62,793 nucleotides of DNA, filler included, from Chiloscyllium plagiosum (GCF_004010195.1; 6 parts of 2 records of this genome joined end to end with filler, not necessarily neighbours in it); one strand, 5' to 3'; positions 1 to 12,849 are shown, numbered from the whole stretch's first letter. A program made the numbers and translations. Notes: a model not told the origin generated them from the letters alone.

Positions 1-445
1 GGAATGGCGGGATTACCTTACACTGAAAGACTGGAGCAACTGGGTTTGTATACCCTTGAGTTTAGAAGACTGAGAGGGAATCTGATTGAGACATATAAGA
101 TTATTAAAGGATTGGACACTTTGGAGGGAGGAAATATGTTTCTGCTGACGGGTGAGTGCCGAACCAGAGAACACAGCTTAAAAATACGGGGTAGACCATT
201 TAGGACAGCGATGAGGAGAAACTTCTTCACCCAAAGAGTGGTGGCTCTGCCCCAAGGGCAGTGGAGGCCCAGTCTCTGGATTCATTTAAGAAAGAGTTGG
301 ATAGAACTCTCAAGGATATTGCAATCAAGGGTTATGGAGATAAGGCAGGAACAGGATACTAAGGATGATCAGCCATGATCATATTGAATGGTGGTGCAGG
401 CTCGAAGGGCAGAATGGCCTACTCCTGCACCTATTGTCTATTGTC
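1..445 (+). mobile_element. CR1 LINE 3' fragment
   Basis: ORF2 C-terminal motifs (LGLYTLEFRRLRGNLIETYKII..RRNFFTQRVV) plus a 3' tail (gaatggcctactcctgc). Confidence 0.9.
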
Positions 446-829
446 CAGCTTCAGTGACTCAAAGTTCCTCAGACTGCAGACACTTATTGCAGATGTGTTA
501 GCTTGGGATCACAGTGGTCTCCATGAGATCCCACATTCTGCAGCTGCTAAACAGCATCTGCTTTGACGTCTTGAAAACATTTGACTAAAGTGTAATCTAA
601 AAAATAATTCATGTTGCTAGTCCTGCCTGTACTTATATTTTAGCAGCCACTGATGCTTACCACCATTGCTACCATCATTATCTGCCAGTGTTATGGGGGA
701 TTTTGCCCTCCAGTGGTCTATTTGAACTGATGGAGCAATATTTACGTTAGCTCTCACAACACAGACGTGGATAACATAATACATATTATCGTATATTATG
801 GATATCGGCACTCTGGGATAATATTAAGT

Positions 830-1480
830 TATTTCATTACAAATAGCAGCTGGTTTTCATCAGCATGTCATTCTTCAAGGGGCCCCAGTGAAGTTGGAGT
901 CTGAGGCCTTTATACTATCAGGTCACATGATGTGATACAATGATGATATGATGAGTATGTCTCTTAAAGATATTCTAACTGTGAGACATAACACAATATT
1001 TACTAATGTTTTACTCATCCTGGTTGAACCTTCTTAATCAAGATAAATAGGAAATACATATCAGCCTGTGCTTCTCGTGAAGCGCAGCAGATAAATATCA
1101 TTTTTATTTGTTGAAGCATTACTGTATCCTCTTTCTGTTGACAAAAGCCCTGTCCAGATTGTTCCTGCCAGATAAGTGTGCTAGGATTTGCAGGCATGGT
1201 CAATGATCTCTTGAAGCCTAAGTCAGGATGATAAATGCAATGGTGGTGAAAACATGACACACTGTGTTGAGGTTGCTTCCATGAAAACATCCAACGTAAT
1301 GCTTAGCTAGGTATTCACATACTTTTTATGATGCTAATGTGTCTGTTGTCTGAGTTTTCGTTGGCAAGAGAAGCCACTGCATGCAGTAATTGTCTTTCAA
1401 ACAGGGATTTGATCACAACCATTATGCATCAGGCTGAGTTGGTCTTGGATCATGGGCACAGACCTATTGTGTAGCTTGAC
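830..1480 (-). mobile_element. Very degenerate Gypsy-like LTR/pol remnant
   Basis: LTR-like stretch (tttata..ggtcacatga..cttaaag) and weak pol-like translation (QQKEDTVMLQQIK). Confidence 0.3.
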
Positions 1481-1750
1481 CTACTTAACATCCTTTGGTT
1501 GATTCTCTTCTCCATTTTCTAAATACCTCATGTAGGGGAACTTCCATCCTGAAAACACTAGCAGCAAACAGAAGTATACACCTGCCACAAACACTCCTAA
1601 GAACCTCCATCACATCTAAATAAGCACAAACATGTCCAAAACAGGATAATGTTTAGAGCTTTATGTTATATATTTTTGTCATCTGATTCTGCCACTAACA
1701 GATTAAGTAGATTTTGTTTACAAGTGACAGTCTACACTTTTCATTTATAG

Positions 1751-1852
1751 GAATCTCGTTGAACATAGACTACTTTTCCCCTTTCGGCTTCTGCTTTTCT
1801 TGTGTTGTAACATCGACATTCTATTTTGTACTGGCCCTGAACAAAATCCAGG
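1751..1852 (+). pseudogene. Pseudo-exon, GREB1 C-domain-like segment
   Basis: Acceptor tttcatttatag and donor CCAGG|gtgagg. Reads SLNIDYFSPFG then, after a frameshift, LLLFLC, versus GREB1 SLNISCSDLLFSGLLLYLC. Confidence 0.55.
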
Positions 1853-2194
1853 GTGAGGCTAACAATATTTTTGGGGAACTCTTGGTGGCATTTATATATA
1901 ATAAATAGGAACATTACGGATTTTGAGTCTATGAGTCCACAAGAGCCTCTGCCTCACGTTTTTGCTCCCTTTGAGAGTACAAGGTCATGAAAACATTCCT
2001 TAAGGGTACAATTAAAACGGAAACAATTTATTTTCTGCTATGCTGATTTTTGATGTAAATACTGTTTGTTTCACATGAAGAAAGTTTCTTACAACTGCAA
2101 TTTCTAATACTGGTAGGAAAAATTAAGAAATTAAGTTTTAACAAGCTGTCCATTGTTTTCTCACAATTAAAATATTGACTTTCCTCATTGTCAG

Positions 2195-2538
2195 TGAAGG
2201 AGTTACATGTTTCAACTTGATCTTCCCACTTCATAGAAATAGTTCTAATATTAAAGTTGTGTAAAAAGATCATGTAATGATGATGGATAACGTAGGCAGG
2301 CAGAACTCAAGTAAAAAGATTCATTCTGAAAATAAATCTCAAAGTTGTTCGTTTAATCTTCAACTGGACTACGGAACACCAATTCATGTGTTTTATCCAC
2401 ATCAATGACTTCAGAGTTTATTGATTAGACAATCTGTTCCTCCCTGGAGAAGGACTGCTCCTACTCTGATGGTTCCTCAACCTGTAGCTCTGGTACTGCT
2501 GAAAAACAGTCCAGCTTATCACTGGCTTTTTTCTTTAG
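2195..2538 (+). pseudogene. Pseudo-exon, GREB1 C-domain-like body
   Basis: Acceptor ttcctcattgtcag. NLIFPL..DHVMMMD..LDYGTPIHVFY..(frameshift)GLLLL versus GREB1 HLFFPL..DHPVLSVD..LNLGSQISVCY..GLLLYL. Ends TTAG|gt (phase 1). Confidence 0.55.
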
Positions 2539-2827
2539 GTCATTGAATTTCTTTTAAAAAACAATATTATTCTTGCAGCCATAAATACAAAACTGAGGTT
2601 TGAGAGAGTTGTATATTATTTTCATCTGGGACATTGACAAACCCAGCTCAGTTATGTAGCAAAACAAAACTTGCATTTCAGAAGTCATTTGATTATCTGC
2701 TTGTTCCTGGTATTTCACAGTGTTAAATGCCTATCACTTTACTATGTTACATTTAAAATTTAACTTTCATACAAAGATTTTAACATCATATTCAGCACTA
2801 AATTTTCATTTTGGTTTTACACATCAG

Positions 2828-2995
2828 TGAAACAGTCATGGACAGCGAGAACTATGTATGGCTGGCAATGGCTAAAGAAGCCTCATGTGGCCCAAAATGA
2901 ATGGTATTTCAGTTTGAGGGACCGAGATTTGCATTAATAAATTATTTCAATAAGTTCTGCATGGACTCTGGGCCAGCTGGGGCCAGTACTGCAAC
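2828..2995 (+). pseudogene. Pseudo-exon, end of a GREB1 C-domain-like module
   Basis: Acceptor ttttacacatcag and strong donor CAAC|gtaagt. The phase-1 frame gives QNEWYFSLRD versus GREB1 EDEWQFRLRD. All three frames contain stops. Confidence 0.6.
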
Positions 2996-3960
2996 GTAAG
3001 TACCCACTTTTATTACATGCGCTGAGGGAATTCTACATCTATCTGGGGGTCATTTTATATAACAGTAATAGAAAAGGTTCATTTGTGATATTTTCCAAAT
3101 AAAGAATTCTTTATAATGTTTCTTCAAACATGTTATGATCTGTCAATAGTAAATGCAGTGGCTACCTCGATCTGGTATAAATTTGCTATTCATGTATTAA
3201 TTCATTTTAATAACCTTCATTTTAAATTGTAAAATTTACATCACACATGAAAGAGCTTGAAATCCTATAACTTAAAGACACTCAAACATATCTTAATGGT
3301 CAACTCATATATCATCACCTCAAATAGCATTTAACAATTTGTAACCTAAAGGATGATTTAATTTTTCACAAAATTATTCTTGAAAATTTTAGATTATCTT
3401 TTACAATGCAGAAGAAAAGGTTTCGAATTGATGTTGTAAACTAGAAAAAGCTATTCTAATATGTACTTAAAGTTACTGGTCCAATGCTTAGCAACCTTGT
3501 TTTTTTTTAATTTAATTCTGATCATGTATTTATTGAAGGGAGAAATTTGAAATCCAATAGCAAAACTAATTACAACTTAACTGATAAATGATTGCTTCAA
3601 AGTAGAACAAATGGTTTGGTAATCATGACATCTAATAAGGCAAACCTAGCTATGGACACAAACTATGGATTTTTGAAACAGCAAGGTTCAAACTGATACT
3701 TTAACTCAAGTAACTAAACTGAAAGTTGATAGTAAGAGTTCACTAATTTTATGAAGTACAGCTTAGAAGAAAATATATTTTTGTTCACTTTTGAAGTATC
3801 TCCAATCTGCATGCTTCCTTTCAGGACAAAGAGTGGAGCATCCTGCTCCCAGTCTTTTTTGCTTTTTCTTCATATCCTATTGCTATTCAGAAGTACCTTA
3901 TATATTTTCCTGCTGTTCATTAGGTAAGATTATTGTACTTTTGTTGAACACTCATCAGGA

Positions 3961-4091
3961 TTTCTGATGAAGGGCTCCTGCCCAAAACATTGATTTTCCT
4001 GCTCCTCACATGCTGCCTGACCTGCTGCGCTTTTCCAGCACCACTCTAATCTTGTCTCTGATCTCCAGCATCTGTAGTCCTCACTTTCGCC
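3961..4091 (+). mobile_element. Penelope-like pLTR fragment with degenerate hammerhead
   Basis: ctgatgaagggctcctgcccaaaacattg followed by the gctgcctgacctgctgcgcttttccagca tail shared by other copies. Confidence 0.8.
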
Positions 4092-4189
4092 CAGGAATCT
4101 TCAGGGCCAGAAGTAATGTGCTATTATTGCACTGTACAAAGCAATAGTGGACAAATGTTTACTATCAATTGAACCCTGCCATTAATAGA

Positions 4190-5040
4190 TTTACTGATTG
4201 ATTTACTGTTGTCACATGTACTGAGATACAGTGAAAAATGTTATTTTGCACATTGTACAGGCAGATCATACTATACAAAGGGCATCAAGGTACCAGAGCA
4301 GAGTACAGAATACAGTGTTAGAGCTACAGAGGGAAAGATCATTATTAACAATTGAGTATCTGTTCAAAAGTCTGATGACATCAGGGAAGGAGCTGTTCTT
4401 GAATCTGTTTGCACTTGTATTCAAACTTTTATATCTTCTGCCTGAAGGAAGAAGGTGGAAGATAATACTGTTTAACTGGGCTGAGACGGATGTTTGATAA
4501 TATGTTCCTGAGGCAGCGGGAAGTATAGGTGGAGTCAATCAATGGAAAGCTGGTTTGCGTAATGGTCTGGGCTGTGTTCACGATTCTCTGCAGTTTCTTG
4601 CGGTCTTGGGAAGAGAGTTGCCATGCAATGTTGTGATACATCTAGATAGGAAGATTTCTATGGTAAGAGTCTTTGTGGATATGCCAAATTTCCTTAGCTT
4701 CCTCAGGAAGTACAGATGTTATTATACTTCCTTGACCATCGCATCGACATAGGTGGACCAAGACAGATTGTTGGTGATCATTACTCTTAGGACCTTGACT
4801 CCCTCAACCATCTGCACCTCAGCACCATTGATGCAGACAGGGTCATGCCCTCCACTCTGGTTTCTCAAGTCAATGACAAGCTCCTTCGTTTTGCTAATGT
4901 TGATGGAGAGATTTTTGTCTTTATGCCATGCTGCTAAGCACTTGATCTCGTTCCAGTACGCTTCCTTTTTTGAGATTTGAGCTACAACAGTGATGTCGTC
5001 AGCAAACTTGAAAATGGAGTTAGGGTGGAATTCCTTGATA
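4190..5040 (-). mobile_element. Rex1/Babar LINE 3' fragment
   Basis: FHLLPSGRRYKSL..RFKNSSFPDVIRLLN and LQRIVNTAQTI motifs on the minus strand. Confidence 0.8.
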
Positions 5041-5119
5041 ACAAAGTAATCACATTAGAAGTATGCAAGGGATAGATAACTAAGACACACAAATGTAATT
5101 TATTTTTACCAACTATCAG

Positions 5120-5288
5120 ATGGATGACTGCTTCTGCATAATACAATTTGATCAAATGATTGAGCATGATGTAACACCCACACTGGAACAAGTTTTCTAC
5201 ATAAAAGGTGAAGGTTTCCTTCATTTTCCCGAAGACTATACAAGACCTGTATTGATAGCAATGTACATCCATTTACTCATTCAAAGGT
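5120..5288 (+). pseudogene. Pseudo-exon, start of another GREB1 C-domain-like module
   Basis: Acceptor tttttaccaactatcag. TLEQVFYIKGEGFLHFPEDYTRPVLIAMYIHL versus GREB1 LLEKFLQHHSHLFFPLSLKNHDHPVLSVDCYLNL. Possible donor gtaagc at 5289. Confidence 0.5.
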
Positions 5289-5569
5289 GTAAGCTTATTC
5301 ATGAACATACTGCCCAAAGAACTCAGACAGTTGCACCATGTCATGATATCATGGCAATCCAGATGCACTGGCATTGTCTAAATATATACTCATTGAACTT
5401 GTTAATGAGAGTTTAGCTTAAACAACACTAAGTATGCCCAAGAAGATTGTATTGTTATGGAAATTGACTCGAAGTCCAGATTTCATGAACATTTTCATTG
5501 GTATCCATAACAAACGCATTTTTGATGAAATGAAACCTAACCTACTCTCTTTTACATTTTCCCAATATG

Positions 5570-6400
5570 TCATCGAGTCAAAGAGCACAGAAACAAACCT
5601 TTCAGTCCAACTCGTCTAAGCCGAGCAAACATCCAAATCTGACCTAGTGCCATTTGCCAGCATTTAGCCCATATCCTTCCAAACTGTTCCTCTTCATATA
5701 CCCATCCAGATGCCTTTTAAATGTTGCAATTGTACCAGCCTCCACCACTTCTCCTGGCAGTTCGTTCCAAACACACACCACCCTCTGCATGAAAACGTTA
5801 CACCTCAGGTCCTTTTTAAATCTTTCCTCCGAACCTTAAACCTATGTTCTCTAGTTTTGGACTCCCCCACTCTCGGATAAAGACCTTGGCTATTCATCCT
5901 ATCCATGTCCCTCATCATTTTATAAACATCTATAAGGTCACCCCTCAGGCTGTGACGGGGCAGGACAAAGAGCTCCAGCTTACTCAGCCTCTCCCTGTAA
6001 CTCAAGCCCACTAGTCCCAGCAACATTTTTTTCTTTTCTGCATCCTTTCAGCTCAACAACATCTTTCTGACAGAAGGACGACCAGAATTACATGGAATAT
6101 TCTAAACACAGCCCCAACAATGTCCATTACAAATGCAACAAGACATCCCAACATCTATGCTCAATGTTCTGCCCAATGAAGACAAGTGTGCCGAACGCCT
6201 TCTTCACCACCCTGTCTACCTGCAACTCTACTTTCAAGGAACCAGGCACTTGCACCCTAGGGCTCTTTGCTTAGCAAAGGGCCCTACTATTAACTGCATA
6301 AGTGCTGCCATGGTTTACCTTCCCAAAATGCAACACCATACGTCTATTTTAATTAAACTCCATCTGCCACCTCTCGGCCTATTGGCCCATCTGATCAATA
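5570..6400 (-). mobile_element. CR1 LINE 3' fragment
   Basis: LRGDLIDVYKMMR..GESKTREHRFKV on the minus strand. Confidence 0.9.
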
Positions 6401-6499
6401 GATTTTCTATTTTGAATTACACAGCTACATGTAAGAATTTCCTTTTATACCTTAATAAGGTCCATCATGCACCCCAAAATTGACCTTTGAAATGGAGTA

Positions 6500-7070
6500 G
6501 TCTAATAAGCTTCCTTTCCTTGGTGCACTAGTTGAGAAATAAACTAATGGTCTCTCAACTACTGAATACCATAAACCTACTTTCACTGGTCAACAATTCT
6601 TTACACCATAAAATGGACTTTATGAACAAATAGAGCTGATCTGTGTGTGTATCTTACAAGCCTGATGGAATAGAGGTATCAAAGCAATCCTGTGGGACAT
6701 GGTTACCCAAATCAGATTATTGGTCACGTTTTTTATAGACCCCTAAATGGGCCTGAAGTAGTCCTGATAAGTACCGAGCTTACCTCAGGTTACCCTGGAA
6801 AGATAAGGTGTATCACAAATCTCTGCCAAAGGTGAAGCTCGCCAGGTCATGCTGCTACAATGCAGTAGCAAACATGAATGGTACTCTCCACTAACAAGGT
6901 GCTGTTGTCAAGTCAAGAAAGCGTTTTGCACACCACGTAATTATGTAATGTGTACATGAACTTCCATAGCATTGTGATACCAGGTCTCTCGGCAGTTGCA
7001 TCATATCAGACAGCATGCCTCTTTGCCTGTTCATAACAGGCAGAATATCAAATGTACTCAGCCTGTGAAA
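6500..7070 (+). mobile_element. Old degenerate Penelope-like fragment
   Basis: Decayed similarity to the PLE RT C-terminus (KPTFTG) and the GIY-YIG region. Confidence 0.45.
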
Positions 7071-7171
7071 TATAGAAACATAGAAACTAGGAGCAGGAGT
7101 AATCCATTTGGCCATACAAGCCTGCTCTGCCATTTAGTACTGTCATGGTTGATCCTCTATCATAACTATTA

Positions 7172-7478
7172 TGGGCAGCACAGTGGCACAGTGGTTAGCA
7201 CTGCTGCCTCACAGCGTCAGAGACCCGGGTTCAATTCCCGCCTCAGGCAACTGTCTGTGTGGAGTTTGCACATTCTCCCAGTGTCTGCGCGGATTTGCTC
7301 CGGTTTCCTCCCACAGTCCAAAAATGTGCAGGTTAGGTGAATTGACCATGCTAAATTGACCGTAGTGTTAGGTGAAGGGGTAAATGTAGGGGAACGGGTC
7401 TGGGTGGGTTGTTCTTTGGAGGGTCAGTGTGGATTTGTTGGGCCGAAGGACCTGTTTCCAGACTGTAAGTAATCTAAT
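7172..7478 (+). mobile_element. tRNA-derived V-SINE (shark HE1-like)
   Basis: Pol III A/B boxes (tggcacagtggttag..ggttcaattcc), V-domain gtgtggagtttgcacattctccc, CR1-like tail. Confidence 0.9.
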
Positions 7479-8239
7479 AATGTTATGTTTTTCATATGCT
7501 TTGATATCTAAAATGTTATCAATCTCTTTCTTGATACATTCAGTGACTTAGCCCTTCACAGCCCCCTGTAGTAATGAATTCCACAAGTTGACCACCATCT
7601 GAATAAAGAATAGTTTCCTCTTCTCAATTCAAAAAAGGCTTCCCTGTCTCCTGAAACTGTGACCCTTGATTATAGGTCCCCAATGAGGAGAAACTTCCTC
7701 CTTGCAACTTATCTATCTAATTTTGTTGAAATTTTATACAGTTCAATCAAATCCCCTCTCATTCTTCTAAACAATAGTGAATGTAGGTCCAGTTGAACCA
7801 ATCTTTAATCATATGACAGTCCTGCAATTCCTGGTATCAAACTGGTGAACCTTCTCTGCACTCCATCTATGGCAAATACAACCTCTTTTAGGTGGAGACA
7901 CCAAAACTGCACACAATACTTGAGGGCACAGTCTCACCCAGGCCCTGTATAACTGTGGTAAGATATCCCTTCTGCTGAATTCAAACATTCTTGCAATGAA
8001 GACCAATGTATGATTTGCCTTCCTAATTGCTTGCTGCGCCTGCCTATTTACTTTCATTAACTGGTGCACCAAGAAATCTAGATCCCTTCATACATCCACA
8101 TTGCTCAATATATCAATATTTAAATAATACTCTGTCTTTCTATTATTCACGCAAAAGTGTGCACTCTCATTACCTTCATAATTATTCACATTAACCTTGT
8201 TTGCCATGTGTTTGCCCACACACTCAACTTGTCTAGATT

Positions 8240-8613
8240 TGACTTCACCAGTTTCCTCATTTCCCCTTCCCCCACCTCACCCCAGTTCCAAACTTCCAGC
8301 TCAGCACTGTCCCCATAACTTATCTTACCTGCCTATCTTCCTTTCCATCTATCCACTCCACGCTCCTCCCTGACCTATCACCTTCATCCCCTCCCCCACT
8401 CACCTATTGTACTCTATGCTACTTTCTCCACACACCAACCCCCCTCTCATTTATCTTTCCACCCTTCAGGCACTCTGCCTGTACTCCTGATAAAGGGCTT
8501 TTGCCTGAAACGTCGATTTTACTGCTCCTCGGATGCTGCCTGACCTGCTGTGCTTTTCCAGTATCACTCTAATCTAAACTCTGGTTTCCAGCATCTGCAG
8601 TCATTGTTTTTAC
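8240..8613 (+). mobile_element. Penelope-like pLTR insertion with 12-bp TSD
   Basis: TSD cttgtctagatt at 8228-8239 and 8614-8625. Hammerhead-like motif near 8488. Confidence 0.85.
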
Positions 8614-8742
8614 CTTGTCTAGATTGATTTGAAGCCTTCTTGTATCTGCCTCACAATTCACAACCTCTTCTAGTTTTGTGTTGTCATTAAACTTGGAAAT
8701 ATTGCATGTGGTTCTGTGTTTGGAAAAGCTTTCAAATATCAG

Positions 8743-8851
8743 ACAGAATCTTCTAATCCTGGAAATGAACTTAAGTGGGTTAGACTCAAAAAAAATCAGA
8801 CTCTTGCTGGCAGGATAAACTTGTACAAATCAAGCTTCCTGACCTTAAAAG
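8743..8851 (+). pseudogene. Pseudo-exon ending LKG (GREB1 C-domain-like)
   Basis: LAGRINLYKSSFLTLKG ends at a phase-1 donor AAAG|gtaggt, versus GREB1 FSGLLLYL..SFLKKFHFLKG. Confidence 0.4.
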
Positions 8852-9342
8852 GTAGGTTGACCTTCCATAATGCAGAAGTTCAGATGTTTATCTGCCTATA
8901 TATGCACTGCATTAAAAACAGTTTGGTGGAATTAATTGCTAGCCTACAATCAAATTTGCTGAAAAATGTGTTGCTGGAAAAGCACAGCAGGTCAGGCAGC
9001 ATCAAAGGAGCAGGATGTTCTATCTGTCGAAAGGGGTGTACCCACATAAATTAATCTTTTGAGCATGTTGTGAGGAGAGACACTTATTAAAATTGGGATT
9101 TCAGCATCACTGGCTCCTGTTCTTGTATATGAAATGCAACAATAAAAGTGTTCTTGATTTGTTTTTTCAGACTGAGTTTAGGTTTATATTAACATAATGT
9201 TTACATGCATATTGCAATGTATCATAAAATATGCAAATAAGACTTAAATTAGGACACCCAAGCTATTGGCTACAGTCACTTTACCCTGAACCCAGGTTTA
9301 GTTTTTTAAATAGTGGAAATTGAGAGTGGAGAATATTTCAAA

Positions 9343-9484
9343 GGAGCAGGAGAATTCCTGAAGAAGGGCTTATGCCCAAAACGCGATTCTCCTGCTCCTT
9401 TGATGCTGCCTGACCTGCTGCGCTTTTCCAGCAACACATTTTTCAGCTCTGATCTCCAGCTTTTGCAGTCCTCACTTTCTCCTA
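9343..9484 (+). mobile_element. Penelope-like pLTR fragment
   Basis: ctgaagaagggcttatgcccaaaacg plus the shared tail, with a short inverted 5' piece. Confidence 0.8.
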
Positions 9485-10380
9485 CAATTAATTTTGGCTC
9501 ATTTGAGAAAACCGCCCCTTCAGATACCTGATCACAGGTAACAGGTCTAGCATACCTGGGATAGAATCATAGTATTAGAGTCATACAGCACAGAAACAGA
9601 TCCTTTGATCAAACCAGTCCATCCCAAACATAGTCCCGAACTAAACTAGTCCCACATGCCCGCACCAGGCTCTTACCCCTCCAAACCTTTCCTATGCATG
9701 TATCTATCCAAATGACTTTTAACTTTGTCTTTACAGTGGCATGGTTTCAAATGATGGTTACATGGAGTTGTTAAATGGCTAAGGGGAACAGGGTAGTTAA
9801 GGATCAGGTTGCATCAAATGTGGCAAAAGGTAGGTTTACGTGAGTGAGGGACAGACTCTCATTGCAGTGGGAGTCATGGAAGGTGATGGCACAGATAGCT
9901 TCAAGGACAGGAGGGCAGAAAGTCTGGAGGGACATTAGGAAGTGGGTGATTAGGAGCTCAGGGAACAAAGTATTGAAGTTAACATAAACATGGATGAATT
10001 CAACAAAACGGGGAAAAGTGGGGGAGGATGCAAGTGACTGGGGTAACAAGGTACTCTGGGAGGTAAAAACTGGGCAAACCTGGTGGATTGACAGAGGAAG
10101 GTCCATCTTCATTCTAACGAAGAATGCAAGTTTCACCATCTTGAAGTTCAGTGGAAGCCTGACATAACACACATGTTTGGATCCAAGCACTACAGTTGGA
10201 TGACATTATACCTGCATGATCAAATATCATGGAGTATAGCCTTTGAGCAGGAGAAAGGAGATTCCTGATTGTGTTAGTTACAGCCCCTGTGTCTGCACCT
10301 GCATATTTTAAAATTAAGTAGGTATGTAGGATTGAAGAGGAATTTTAAACAGCGAGAAGTACAGTACTTCCTTTCAACAG

Positions 10381-10522
10381 GAGAAAACGATTCCCAATTG
10401 TCATGTTCAGCTGAGCTAAAAGACAGCAGCAAATGGCAACTTTTGCAGGTAGAAATGGTGTTAGTTCCAGCCCCTTCTATCTGTTTCGGTCTCATGGGAG
10501 AGATTTATTTACCATGCTTTCA
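10381..10522 (+). pseudogene. Pseudo-exon, end of a GREB1 C-domain-like module
   Basis: Acceptor ttcctttcaacag, phase 1 compatible with the 8851 donor. AELKDSSKWQL..PSICFGLMG versus GREB1 LELEDEWQF..RPLFFLTG. Confidence 0.45.
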
Positions 10523-10659
10523 GTATGGTTGCTTCCTTTTGTATTTTTGCGTGAGCAGAATTGCGTGGCTATAAGCAAATTTGCAGTGTATTCTTTTGTC
10601 TTATGTCAGATATCCACTATACTTATTTAAAATTTATTTTATTTTGGAAAAGCAGCACC

Positions 10660-10937
10660 TAGATTAGATTACTTACAGTGCAGAAACAGGCCCTTCGGCC
10701 CAACAAGTCCACACCGACCCACCGAAGCGCAACCCAGCCAGACACTACGGGCAATTTAGCATGGCCAATTCACCTAACCTGCACATTTTTTTTGGACTGT
10801 GGGAGGAAACCGGAGCACCCGGAGGAAACCCACGCAGACACTGGGAGAATGTGCAAACTCCACACAGTCAGTCACCTGAGGCGGGAATTGAACCTGGGTC
10901 TCTGGTGCTGTGAGGCAGCAGTGCTAACCACCGTGCT
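10660..10937 (-). mobile_element. V-SINE (HE1-like)
   Basis: Reverse complement of the 7172 family, with a tagat repeat tail. Confidence 0.9.
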
Positions 10938-11298
10938 GCTAAAGTGGCAAGTTTTCTTTAGTTAGTGCAGTTTAAGCTTATCTGATCAACCATGAGTCCA
11001 GAGAATGAAGAATCATGCTCCACTGGGTTCCAATCCTAATTAACCAGAGTAGCTTAAAAACACATGACACTGTATGTTAATGAGATGCCATGAAATTATG
11101 GAACCACATACTTTGCTGTGTGATACCCACCCCATAGCGTCTTATATATAGATAAAGCCATGGAGGGAGATGGTTGCAACCAATATATGCCCTATTGGCA
11201 TTGGGCAGGTGGAGGCAGGTGGAAGGTCTTTCATGCCAAAGCAAGATTATAAAAATTCTACTGCAATCTGAAGGAAAGGTGACTAATATACATGGAGT

Positions 11299-12724
11299 TT
11301 TTTGCAAGGTTTGTGAAGGTTTGTAGCTCAGGTTGAGGTTAAGGGTGTAGGTTTGCTCGCTGAGCTGTCAGTTTGATATTCAGACGTTTCATTACCTGGC
11401 TAGGTAACATAATCAGTGGCGACCTCCAAGTGAAGCGAAGCTGTTGTCTCCTGCTTTCTATTTATATGTTTGTCCTGGATGGGATTCCTGGGGTTTGTGG
11501 TGATGTCATTTCCTGTTCGTTTTCCAAGGGGTTGATAGTTCGTATCTAGATCTGTGTGTTTGTTTATGGCATTGTGGTTGGAGTGCCAGGCCTCTAGGAA
11601 TTCTCTGACATGTCTTTGCTTAGCCTGTCCCAGGATAGATGCGTTTTCCCAGTCGAAATGGTGTTTTTTTTCCCCGTGTGTAGGGCTATGAGGGAGAGAG
11701 GGTCGTGTCTTTTTTGTGGCTAGCTGGTGTTCGTTGGAATAGTGTTTTGATACAGCTTCGTTTGTGTGTGTTGGGATGGTTGCTGATGTAGTTAAGTATT
11801 TGGTCAGTGTTTGTCAGTTTTCTGTATGTATAGAAATTATAGAAACTGTATATATATGTTATACAGAAAACCGACAAACCACTGACCAAATACGTAACTT
11901 CACCAGCAACACACAAACAAAGCTGTATCAGAACACTATTCCAATGAGCCGCCTCACACTGCAGCACAGATGAACTTCGGAAAACAGAGGAGAACCACCT
12001 ATACAACGTATTCAAAAAGAACGGATACTCAAAAAGTACAGTGCGCAGATTCCTCAAGAACAAACCACGACAAGCAGACCAAGCACAGCCAGAAACCCTA
12101 ACCACCTTACCATACATCAAAGAAGTTTCAGAAATAACAGCCAGACTACTAAGACCCCTCTGAATCCTAGTAGCACACAAACCCACCAACACTCTCAAAC
12201 AAAAACTAACAAACTTAAAAGACCCAGTACAACCCATGGACAAAACCAACGTCGTCTACAAAATTCCACGCAAGGACTGCCACAAACACTACGTAGGACT
12301 AACAGGAAGAAAGTTAGCCACCAGGATACACGAACACCAGCTAGCCATCAAAAGACATGACCTTCTCTCCCTCGTAGCCCTACACACGGATGAAAAAAAA
12401 ACCACCATTTCGACTGGGACAACAAATCTATCCTGGGACAGGCTCAGCAAAGACATGCCAGAGAATTCCTAGAGGTCTGGTACTCCAACTACAATGCCAT
12501 AAACAAACACATAGATCTAGATACGAACTATCAACCCCTCGGAAAACGAACAGGAAATGACATCACCACAAACCCCAGGAACCCCATCCAGGACAAACAT
12601 ATAAATAGAAAACAGGAGACAACAGCTTTGCGTCACTTGGAGGTCGCCAATGACATTACCTAGCCAGGTAATGAAAGGTCTGGATATCAAACCTACAGCT
12701 CAGTGAGCAAACCTACACCCTAAA
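11299..12724. mobile_element. Penelope-like element, inverted two-arm structure with GIY-YIG, 11-bp TSD
   Basis: The + arm encodes RT C-terminus and GIY-YIG (NVVYKIPRKDCHKHYVGLTGRKLATRIHEH). The left arm is its reverse complement. TSD atacatggagt at 11288-11298 and 12725-12735. Confidence 0.9.
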
Positions 12725-12849
12725 ATACATGGAGTACTATCACTCTATGATACAGTATGCACTGCCTTTATCCATGTAAACGTTTGATCATCAGGTGCTG
12801 TTATTTGTCATCAGACTGGACCTTTCTGTGACACACATACTGGATTAGG

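Larger units (their letters stand above)
7075..8720 (-). mobile_element. Old CR1 LINE fragment interrupted by a SINE and a PLE piece
   Basis: CR1 ORF2-like translation (QLYRAWVR) and 3' tail on the minus strand. Confidence 0.75.

Noticed and set aside
2028..2550. Minus-strand decayed frame KFNDLKKK.. and the 81-aa ORF
   Set aside because: Better explained as the antisense shadow of the + strand GREB1 C-domain-like pseudo-exon.
2828..2995. In-frame TGA in ..SCGPK*MVFQ.. as possible selenocysteine, and LHGLW as an RNase T2 motif
   Set aside because: No SECIS or selenoprotein similarity seen and no second RNase T2 motif. Another frame fits the GREB1-like reading, and neighbouring exons are full of stops.
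7172..7250. tRNA-like sequences at SINE heads
   Set aside because: They continue into the V-domain and LINE-like tail, so they are SINE promoters rather than tRNA genes.
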